IMG/VR virus record: IMGVR_UViG_2923292180_000001
Strand: one strand, 5' to 3'
DNA: 24,956 nucleotides
From: a virus
Lineage: Duplodnaviria > Heunggongvirae > Uroviricota > Caudoviricetes
This document shows positions 17,447 to 24,956 of the stretch, piece after piece; position 1 is the stretch's first letter, and each line of letters begins with the position of its first letter. The notes under the pieces were generated by a model. It ran no database searches and was not told where the DNA came from. It saw only the letters and a program-made list of their open reading frames with translations. The position numbers and the translations under genes were made by a program.

Positions 17447-17751
17447 TTCAGGCGCTTCGCGAAGTATGTCGCGGCCTTTTGGAGGATAGCCAGCTCTTCA
17501 TCCCGTTCTGCCAGCTGGCGTTTGAGACGTGCAATCTCGGTAGACATCTCCAGTTCACGTTCAGAAGACGTCTGCTGATTTTGCTGTTTACTGCGCCAGT
17601 TGTAGAGTTGTGATTCATACAGGCTGAGTTCACGGGCTGCGGCAGTAACACCGATGCGTTCAGCAAGCTTCAGGGCTTCACTGCGAAATTCAGGCGAATG
17701 CTGTTTACGGGGTTTTTTACTGGTTGATACTGTTTTTGTCATGTGAGTCAC
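17443..17751 (-). CDS. insE: IS3 transposase OrfA (InsE), helix-turn-helix / leucine zipper
   Basis: 102-aa [58 protein letters not shown]... recognised as IS3 InsE. Confidence 0.9.
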
Positions 17752-17868
17752 CTCTGACTGAGAGTTTACTCACTTAGCCGCGTGTCCACTATTGCTGGGT
17801 AAGATCATGCACCATATAATCGACTTACTGTGTAACTGGAAAGTCATAACAGACTAAAAGAGGAAATG

Positions 17869-18042
17869 ATGAATATTGAAAACTTAAAAACAAAAGCAGA
17901 AGCAGATATTTCTGAATATATAACAAAAAAAATTATTGAACTTAAGAAAAAGACCGGGAAAGAAGTTACCAGTATTCAGTTTACCGCACGGGAAAAAATG
18001 ACGGGTCTTGAAAGCTATGATGTCAAGATTAATTTAATCTGA
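17869..18042 (+). CDS. gnsB: GnsB-like small protein (57 aa); below the ORF-track size cutoff
   Basis: ATG 17869 with upstream AAGAGGAAA; product MNIENLKTKAEADISEYITKKIIELKKKTGKEVTSIQFTAREKMTGLESYDVKINLI matches the GnsA/GnsB family pattern. Confidence 0.8.
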   Translation: MNIENLKTKAEADISEYITKKIIELKKKTGKEVTSIQFTAREKMTGLESYDVKINLI

Positions 18043-18159
18043 TGTATTCAATAATAAAATTTATCCATAAACCTCGTTTTTACGGGGTTTTGTTATATTT
18101 GAATGGTTCCGAATATCTAAATCACAATTGTTGATGGTTTTTATTAAACCAATGCAGTC

Positions 18160-18193
18160 CGGCTCAGGAGTGAGAGAAGCCGGACGTTATGGT
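18160..18193 (-). terminator. Terminator downstream of ydfO
   Basis: GTCCGGCT...AGCCGGAC hairpin immediately after the ydfO stop (18194), followed on the minus strand by an A/T-rich tract. Confidence 0.45.
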
Positions 18194-18619
18194 TTAGCGT
18201 GGTAAGATCTGTGTAGTTTTCTGGATGCTTTCAGTAAATAGTAATGAATTATCAAAGGTATAGTAATATCTTTTTTGTTCGTGGATATTTGTAACCCACC
18301 GAAAAACTCCTGCTTTAGCAAGGTTTCTTCTGTATTCCTGAAATGTGATCTCTCTGGATTTCAGCTTATTAGAGGTCGTTTCTATAAGATGCCTATCCTT
18401 TGAAAATTTGACAGACACAATGTTTTTTAGGCCCTTTAATAACACTGTATTATCATTTTTTAATACAATATGAACATTCTCTGTGGCTAAATAGTAAATG
18501 TAATGTGAGACATTGTGACGTTTTAGCTCAGAATAAAACCATTGATAGTTTAAATCGTTTCGAACTTTATCAAATATTTGTTTAAAAATGACTACCTGAT
18601 CCATAGATAAACCTTCCAT
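18194..18619 (-). CDS. ydfO: YdfO (DUF1398 prophage protein, 141 aa)
   Basis: Product [54 protein letters not shown]... in the position expected between gnsB and the packaging remnant. Confidence 0.75.
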
Positions 18620-18661
18620 GTGATATGAGGGGGCGTAGTCTGCACGATTATCTAAATTGCT

Positions 18662-18895
18662 TCAATCTGGTCTGACCTGTTTTCTGAGCAATTCAGTAAT
18701 GTCACTCTTTTCTTTGTTTGCTTCAGAAGAAACTCTTTTTTCTGAGCACAGTCTCCGGCGGCAGGCTTCAATGACCCAGGCTGAGAAATTCCCGGACCCT
18801 TTTTGCTCAAGAGCGATGTTAATTTGTTCAATCATTTGGTTAGGAAAGCGGATGTTGCGGGTTGTTGTTCTGCGGGTTCTGTTCTTCGTTGACAT
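18662..18895 (-). CDS. ynfO: Small ribbon-helix-helix-like prophage protein (77 aa), YnfO-like
   Basis: Basic N-terminus then IRFPNQMIEQINIALEQKG, resembling an Arc/CopG-type RHH fold; position matches ynfO of Qin. Name from memory. Confidence 0.5.
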   Translation of the reverse strand: MSTKNRTRRTTTRNIRFPNQMIEQINIALEQKGSGNFSAWVIEACRRRLCSEKRVSSEANKEKSDITELLRKQVRPD

Positions 18896-19029
18896 GAGGT
18901 TGCCCCGTATTCAGTGTCGCTGATTTGTATTGTCTGAAGTTGTTTTTACGTTAAGTTGATGCAGATCAATTAATACGATACCTGCGTCATAATTGATTAT
19001 TTGACGTGGTTTGATGGCCTCCACGCACG

Positions 19030-19283
19030 TTGTGATATGTAGATGATAATCATTATCACTTTACGGGTCCTTTCCGGTGATCCGACAGGTTACGGGGCGG
19101 CGACCTCGCGGGTTTTCGCTATTTATGAAAATTTTCCGGTTTAAGGTGTTTCCGTTCTTCTTCGTCGTAACTTAATGTTTTTATTTAAAATACCCCCTGA
19201 AAAGAAAGGAAACGACAGGTGCTGAAAGCGGGCTTTTTGGCCTTTGTCGTTTCCTTTCTCTGTTTTTGTCCGTGGAATGAACA
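19030..19283 (+). other. Lambda-type cos site (cosQ-cosN-cosB); cosN 12-nt cohesive-end sequence at 19095-19106
   Basis: ...TGATATGTAGATGATAATCATTATCACTTTACGGGTCCTTTCCGGTGATCCGACAGGTTACG | GGGCGGCGACCT CGCGGGTTTTCGCTATTTATGAAAATTTTCCGGTTTAAGG... is essentially the joined right and left ends of phage lambda; the nu1 ATG follows 189 bp after cosN. Confidence 0.85.
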
Positions 19284-19541
19284 ATGGAAGTCAACAAAAA
19301 GCAGCTGGCTGACATTTTCGGTGCGAGTATCCGTACCATTCAGAACTGGCAGGAACAGGGAATGCCCGTTCTGCGAGGCGGTGGCAAGGGTAATGAGGTG
19401 CTTTATGATTCTGCCGCCGTCATAAAATGGTATGCCGAAAGGGATGCTGAAATTGAGAACGAAAAGCTGCGCCGGGAAGTTGAAGAACTGCGGCAGGCCA
19501 GCGAGACAGATCTCCAGCCACCCGCGCTACGGCATGGGTAA
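19284..19541 (+). pseudogene. nohA: Terminase small subunit Nu1 N-terminal fragment (homology ends near 19520)
   Basis: MEVNKKQLADIFGASIRTIQNWQEQGMPVLRGGGKGNEVLYDSAAVIKWYAERDAEIENEKLRREVEELRQASE is the lambda Nu1 N-terminus; after about codon 79 the sequence departs from nu1 and continues as a J fragment in another frame. Confidence 0.85.
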
Positions 19542-20799
19542 ACGTCTTGGTGCGGCAGATGTGGATAAATGGGCGCTGTATGTCATCGGCCAGTGTTGCG
19601 ACCAGTCGGTGCCGGACGGTTTTGGCGGCACGGAGCCGCGCATCACCTGTAATGCCTGGCTGACCACACAGCGTAAGGCGTGGGATGTTCTCAGTGATTT
19701 CTGCTCGGCGATGCGCTGTATGCCGGTATGGAACGGGCAGACGCTGACGTTCGTGCAGGACCGACCATCAGATAAGGTGTGGACCTATAACCGCAGTAAT
19801 GTGGTGATGCCGGATGATGGCGCGCCGTTCCGCTACAGCTTCAGCGCCCTGAAGGACCGCCATAATGACGTTGAGGTGAACTGGATTGACCCGGATAACG
19901 GCTGGGAGACGGCGACAGAGCTTGTGGAGGACACGCAGGCCATTGCCCGTTACGGTCGTAACGTCACGAAGATGGATGCCTTTGGCTGTACCAGGCGGGG
20001 GCAGGCGCACCGAGCCGGGCTGTGGCTGATTAAAACGGAACTGCTGGAAACGCAGACCGTGGACTTCAGCGTGGGTGCCGAAGGGCTTCGCCATGTACCA
20101 GGTGATGTCATTGAAATCTGTGATGATGACTATGCGGGGATCAGCATCGGCGGGCGCGTGCTGGCGGTGAACAGCCAGACGCGGACACTGACGCTCGACC
20201 GTGAAATCACGCTGCCATCCTCCGGCACCACGCTGATAAGCCTGGTTGACGGGCAGGGTAATCCGGTGAGCGTGGAGGTCCAGTCCGTCACCGACGGCGT
20301 GAAGGTGAAAGTGAGCCGGGTTCCTGACGGCGTTGCCGAGTACAGCGTGTGGGGGCTGAAGCTGCCGACGCTGCGTCAGCGCCTGTTCCGCTGTGTGAGT
20401 ATCCGTGAGAACGATGACGGTACGTATGCCATCACTGCCGTGCAGCATGTACCGGAGAAAGAAGCCATCGTGGATAACGGGGCGCACTTTGACGGTGACC
20501 AGAGCGGCACGGTGAATGGTGTCACGCCGCCAGCAGTTCAGCACCTGACCGCAGAAGTCACCGCAGACAGCGGGGAATACCAGGTGCTGGCGCGCTGGGA
20601 CACGCCGAAGGTGGTGAAGGGGGTGAGCTTTATGCTTCGCCTGACCGTGGCAGCGGACGACGGCAGTGAGCGGTTGGTCAGCACGGCCCGGACGACGGAA
20701 ACCACATATCGCTTCACGCAGCTGGCGCTGGGAAATTACAGGCTGACAGTCCGGGCGGTAAATGCATGGGGACAGCCGGTGCACATACCCATTCGATGA
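19521..20799 (+). pseudogene. Internal fragment of tail tip/host-specificity protein J (about 420 codons), no native start
   Basis: The 455-aa ORF (19432..20799) reads ..PRYGMGKRLGAADVDKWALYVIGQCCDQSVPDGFGGTEPRITCNAW...[12 protein letters not shown], collinear with the central part of lambda J; it begins exactly where nu1 homology stops and ends at a second junction with stf. Confidence 0.85.
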
Positions 20800-21074
20800 C
20801 ATTTGTTTCAGGTGGTTCCAGTGGTGCTCCGGGAAGTGGATCACCTGATTATTCTAAATACAGTGTTAACACTTCTTCTGCAGGCGCTCATACGCACTCT
20901 GTATCGGGTACTGCTGCAAGCGCAGGTGCACACGCATATACTGTCGGTATTGGTGCTCATACGCACTCCGTTGCGATTGGTTCACATGGACATACCATCA
21001 CCGTTAACGCTGCTGGTAACGCGGAAAACACCGTCAAAAACATCGCATTTAACTATATTGTGAGGCTTGCGTAA
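20766..21074 (+). CDS. stfQ: Side tail fibre (Stf) C-terminal fragment, 102 aa, with HxH repeat motifs
   Basis: ..[63 protein letters not shown] matches the lambda Stf C-terminus; the ATG at 20766 lies in J-derived sequence; stop overlaps the tfa start (TAATG). Confidence 0.75.
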   Translation: MGTAGAHTHSMTFVSGGSSGAPGSGSPDYSKYSVNTSSAGAHTHSVSGTAASAGAHAYTVGIGAHTHSVAIGSHGHTITVNAAGNAENTVKNIAFNYIVRLA

Positions 21075-21649
21075 TGGCATTCAGAATGAGTGAACAACCA
21101 CGGACCATAAAAATTTATAATCTGCTGGCCGGAACTAATGAATTTATTGGTGAAGGTGACGCATATATTCCGCCTCATACAGGTCTGCCAGCAAACAGTA
21201 CCGATATTGCACCGCCAGATATTCCGGCAGGCTTCGTGGCTGTTTTCAACAGTGATGAGGCATCGTGGCATCTCGTTGAAGATCATCGGGGTAAAACGGT
21301 TTATGACGTGGCTTCCGGCGACGCGTTATTTATTTCTGAACTCGGTCCGTTACCGGAAAATGTTACCTGGTTATCGCCGGGAGGGGAATATCAGAAGTGG
21401 AACGGCACAGCCTGGGTGAAGGATACGGAAGCAGAAAAACTGTTCCGGATCCGGGAGGCGGAAGAAACAAAAAACAGCCTGATGCAGATAGCCAGTGAGC
21501 ATATAGCGCCGCTTCAGGATGCTGTGGATCTGGAGATCGCAACGGAGGAAGAAACCTTGTTGCTGGAAGCCTGGAAAAAGTATCGGGTGTTGCTGAACCG
21601 TGTTGATACATCAACTGCACCGGATATTGAATGGCCAGCACTGCCGTAG
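21074..21649 (+). CDS. tfaQ: Tail fibre assembly protein Tfa
   Basis: 191-aa product [71 protein letters not shown]... is nearly identical to lambda Tfa from memory. Confidence 0.9.
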   Translation: MAFRMSEQPRTIKIYNLLAGTNEFIGEGDAYIPPHTGLPANSTDIAPPDIPAGFVAVFNSDEASWHLVEDHRGKTVYDVASGDALFISELGPLPENVTWLSPGGEYQKWNGTAWVKDTEAEKLFRIREAEETKNSLMQIASEHIAPLQDAVDLEIATEEETLLLEAWKKYRVLLNRVDTSTAPDIEWPALP

Positions 21650-21746
21650 GGTAAAACATATAAATTCTATAATTAGATGTATCTCTCCATTTACGGCAAG
21701 GAAGGGGGCTTGGAAGACGTAAAGCATCTCACACCGAGATTATTTT

Positions 21747-22337
21747 TTATATGTCAGGTGTCTGAAGTTTTGCTTTGGCTCTTAAAATGGTTTGCCGCGA
21801 GGTTTTGAATTCCCGGGCAATGGCACTTATACTTACACCTGACTTAATTCGTTCGAATACCACCTGTTTCTGTTCTTCATTTAACACAGGTGGTCGACCA
21901 AAACGTTTCCCTGCGCCGCGGGCTCTTACTATCCCGGAATGAGTGCGTTCAAGTAAAAGGTCTCGTTCAAATTCAGCGACTGCTGAAATTACGTGCATCA
22001 TCATTTTTCCTGTTGGACTGGTCAGGTCAATGCCCCCCAATGCTAAGCAATGCACTCTGATACCTGTTTCGGTCAGTTGTTCCACTGTTTTCCTGATATC
22101 CATTGCATTACAACCAAGGCGATCCAGTTTTGTCACAATCAATTGATCACCACATTTCAGGCGAGCAAGCAACCGGTTAAAACCAGGACGCTCACTGGTT
22201 GCTGCTGAGCCGCTAATGTGTTCTTCGATTATTTGCTGAGGTTTGATTTTAAAACCTGCACTTTCGATTTCCCGGCGTTGATTTTCGGTGGTCTGATCCA
22301 GCGTTGATATCCGACAGTAAGCAAAAATTCGAGACAT
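21747..22337 (-). CDS. pinQ: Serine DNA invertase of the Pin/Gin/Hin family
   Basis: 196-aa product [29 protein letters not shown]... has the catalytic Ser motif (YCRIST) and a C-terminal helix-turn-helix; convergent with tfaQ. Confidence 0.9.
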   Translation of the reverse strand: MSRIFAYCRISTLDQTTENQRREIESAGFKIKPQQIIEEHISGSAATSERPGFNRLLARLKCGDQLIVTKLDRLGCNAMDIRKTVEQLTETGIRVHCLALGGIDLTSPTGKMMMHVISAVAEFERDLLLERTHSGIVRARGAGKRFGRPPVLNEEQKQVVFERIKSGVSISAIAREFKTSRQTILRAKAKLQTPDI

Positions 22338-22653
22338 AGTGAGACTCTATACGAAATTGGTGTTCATATCATAATGCATCTCAGAAAATAATTTTGATTA
22401 TTTTTGTGCATATTTGTATGTACACGTTCGAAAATAAACGAATGCGTATGCAACCCCGTAACTTTGGTGAGACCCAAAATCGATTTTGTGAAAAATGGCT
22501 TTAACTCGGTTTGTTTTTCGAGTTCCGGGCGGACTCAAGGAAGAAGAATAGTGTTGCGTGTTATTTTAACCAGATTTCAAGTTGTTTGGTCGTGGAAAAG
22601 TGGAGCAAAATGTTGTTAAAGTGGAAAAATGATAAAAAAGTAAGTTTATTATA

Positions 22654-22887
22654 TTACATTTTACCATTTAAATTTTGGTTGTCTTTAAGAACTGATATCG
22701 CTGTTTGTAATAATTCTTTGTTATCCAGCCATGATTTTTTCTTTATGTTTCCTTCAATGTAATCAAGCAATGTTCTGGTATTGATAGGTCTTCCCTGTTT
22801 TGCTACTTCCACTACAGCATCCCCTAGGATAATTCTGACTTCAGGAAGCTGCGCAGGGAACCACTTTAGGGTGTCTTTTGATTTCAT
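22654..22887 (-). CDS. ydfK: YdfK/YnaE-family cold-shock-induced protein (77 aa)
   Basis: From the internal Met of the 88-aa ORF: MKSKDTLKWFPAQLPEVRIILGDAVVEVAKQGRPINTRTLLDYIEGNIKKK...; long AT-rich upstream leader. Confidence 0.8.
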   Translation of the reverse strand: MKSKDTLKWFPAQLPEVRIILGDAVVEVAKQGRPINTRTLLDYIEGNIKKKSWLDNKELLQTAISVLKDNQNLNGKM

Positions 22888-23672
22888 GAATATATTCCTT
22901 AAAATATTATTGATTTTCATTGCGATATTGTATGTCTGATTCAGGATATGTTGACTTATACATCGGTTTTGTCTGGGTTATTGGATATGCCAATCCCTAA
23001 TTTTATTAGAGCATGACTAAAAATGCTGAATATGATAAGGAGCGAAGTGATTATCAGTATGCTGTTCATATAGCCTCGAATTAGTAATGTGTTATATATG
23101 ATATAGTTGACAATTTTTATCCTGGGTGTTCTTAAAGTTCGTAGATAAACATTGTCGTTTCAGGTATACAGGAATGCTAACAGATGGCGGCAAAAATCAG
23201 GCGGTTTATGGCGCAAGCTGAAGTGGCAACTGCAAACTATCTTATGCAGAGACTCTACACGGATTGGGTTTAAAAGTATACATAGATAACAGTTTTTATC
23301 TGAAGAAGAAAAATATCAAGGTGATATAGCCTATATGCCTTTGATGTGGAGGAATGAATGTGATGGGAGTGATGTATCTGAATAGTTGAAAAACCGCAGA
23401 CACGCCTTATGCAAGAACGTGCTGCGGTTGGCTGGTAAATTTTTCGATAGTGCGAGTATTGAATGATTTCCAGCCGTTATTGATTTTACGCGTAACTCCA
23501 TGAAAAAACTACTTATCTGTTGAGGAGTTTTTTTGGGGCATATATGGGACAGAAATGGGCCCCAGATAGACACTGAGATCGAACTTAGGATGCTTTTTAA
23601 AAAATGCAACTATCTGAAAAAACCTAGAAAACGCCAAGGAAACCACAGGATGGGAAAAAACACCTGTGAATT

Positions 23673-24956
23673 ATGGATTTCCAGTTATATTCGCTCGGCG
23701 CAGCGTTAGTGTTTCATGAAATATTTTTTCCTGAATCATCAACGGCAATGGCGTTAATTCTGGCAATGGGAACCTATGGTGCAGGTTATGTGGCGCGTAT
23801 TGTCGGAGCATTTATTTTCGGCAAAATGGGCGACAGAATAGGGCGTAAAAAAGTGCTCTTTATTACCATCACCATGATGGGGATCTGTACCACCTTAATT
23901 GGTGTGTTACCGACCTATGCACAGATTGGTGTTTTTGCACCCATCTTGCTGGTGACGTTGCGTATTATTCAGGGGTTGGGTGCAGGTGCGGAAATTTCCG
24001 GTGCCGGTACGATGCTGGCGGAATATGCGCCAAAAGGTAAGCGCGGAATTATCTCCTCATTTGTGGCTATGGGAACTAACTGCGGAACCTTGAGCGCAAC
24101 GGCAATCTGGGCCTTTATGTTCTTCATTCTCAGTAAAGAGGAACTGCTGGCGTGGGGATGGCGTATACCGTTCCTGGCGAGTGTTGTCGTGATGGTCTTT
24201 GCTATCTGGTTGCGTATGAATCTGAAAGAAAGCCCGGTCTTTGAGAAGGTTAACGACAGTAACCAACCGACAGCAAAACCTGCACCTGCTGGTAGCATGT
24301 TCCAGAGCAAATCCTTCTGGCTGGCAACAGGGCTGCGTTTTGGTCAGGCGGGTAACTCCGGGTTAATTCAGACTTTCCTTGCAGGCTATTTAGTGCAGAC
24401 GTTATTGTTTAACAAAGCAATTCCAACAGATGCATTGATGATCAGTTCGATTCTCGGCTTTATGACCATTCCGTTCCTTGGTTGGTTATCCGATAAAATT
24501 GGTCGCCGGATCCCGTATATTATTATGAATACCTCCGCGATTGTGCTGGCATGGCCAATGCTTTCTATCATTGTAGATAAAAGCTATGCCCCGAGCACCA
24601 TTATGGTTGCACTGATTGTGATTCATAACTGTGCAGTGCTGGGATTATTTGCTCTGGAAAACATTACCATGGCAGAAATGTTCGGCTGTAAAAACCGCTT
24701 TACCCGGATGGCTATTTCTAAAGAAATTGGTGGTCTTATCGCTTCCGGTTTTGGTCCTATCCTGGCGGGTATTTTCTGCACCATGACGGAATCCTGGTAT
24801 CCGATCGCCATTATGATCATGGCATATTCAGTGATTGGTTTAATCTCTGCGCTGAAAATGCCAGAGGTGAAAGACCGTGATTTAAGTGCGCTGGAAGACG
24901 CTGCGGAAGATCAACCGCGTGTTGTAAGAGCTGCGCAACCTTCCAGAAGTCTGTAA
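23673..24956 (+). CDS. ydfJ: MFS metabolite:H+ symporter-family transporter, N-terminally truncated at the prophage junction
   Basis: 427-aa ORF with multiple transmembrane segments and MFS motifs (GKMGDRIGRKK, ..LSDKIGRR..); an in-frame TGA sits 2 codons upstream of the first ATG and the reading frame starts partway into the conserved N-terminal helix, consistent with interruption by the prophage. Confidence 0.85.
   Translation: MDFQLYSLGAALVFHEIFFPESSTAMALILAMGTYGAGYVARIVGAFIFGKMGDRIGRKKVLFITITMMGICTTLIGVLPTYAQIGVFAPILLVTLRIIQGLGAGAEISGAGTMLAEYAPKGKRGIISSFVAMGTNCGTLSATAIWAFMFFILSKEELLAWGWRIPFLASVVVMVFAIWLRMNLKESPVFEKVNDSNQPTAKPAPAGSMFQSKSFWLATGLRFGQAGNSGLIQTFLAGYLVQTLLFNKAIPTDALMISSILGFMTIPFLGWLSDKIGRRIPYIIMNTSAIVLAWPMLSIIVDKSYAPSTIMVALIVIHNCAVLGLFALENITMAEMFGCKNRFTRMAISKEIGGLIASGFGPILAGIFCTMTESWYPIAIMIMAYSVIGLISALKMPEVKDRDLSALEDAAEDQPRVVRAAQPSRSL

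Larger units (their letters stand above)
16550..17807 (-). mobile_element. IS3 insertion sequence (1258 bp) with 3-bp target-site duplication TGC
   Basis: Terminal inverted repeats TGATCCTACCCACGTAATATGGACAC (16550...) and reverse-complement TGATCTTACCCAGCAATAGTGGACAC (ending 17807); flanking direct repeats TGC at 16547-16549 and 17808-17810; contains overlapping orfA/orfB. Confidence 0.9.

Noticed and set aside
19768-20844. 358-aa ORF on the minus strand
   Set aside because: Lies entirely antisense to the J fragment, whose plus-strand frame matches lambda J; the product is Arg/His/Pro-rich low-complexity sequence typical of antisense frames in GC-rich coding DNA.
21797-21830. Gix-like half-site (CGAGGTTTTGAAT)
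   Set aside because: Only one half-site matches and it lies inside the pinQ coding sequence (C-terminal helix-turn-helix region), where crossover sites are not expected.

Overview
The window is almost entirely one cryptic lambdoid prophage of the Qin type (about 23.6 kb), reverse-complemented relative to the usual E. coli K-12 map and inserted in the MFS transporter gene ydfJ, whose 3' part closes the window. Gene names are recognised from memory of the protein sequences; no database search was possible. From left to right: integrase and excisionase; a 677-aa RecE-like protein ending in a DnaQ-type exonuclease domain; a decayed stretch with a methyltransferase remnant and ORFs broken by in-frame stops; an AT-rich small membrane-protein gene; an ISNCY-like transposase; flxA with a sigma-28 promoter; ydfV; relB-relE-hokD; rem; ydfU; antiterminator quuQ with a PR'-like promoter and terminator; the cold-shock genes cspF, cspB and cspI flanking a phage-21-type lysis cassette (essQ, ydfR, rrrQ, Rz with embedded Rz1); an IS3 copy with a 3-bp target duplication; gnsB, ydfO, ynfO; a lambda-like cos site followed by nu1, J and stf fragments joined at two deletion junctions; tfaQ; pinQ; and ydfK. 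I found no CRISPR array, tRNA or rRNA. The most interesting items are the exonuclease domain architecture, the late-promoter module separated from the lysis genes by cold-shock genes, the cos-nu1'-'J-'stf scar, and several small unannotated ORFs.
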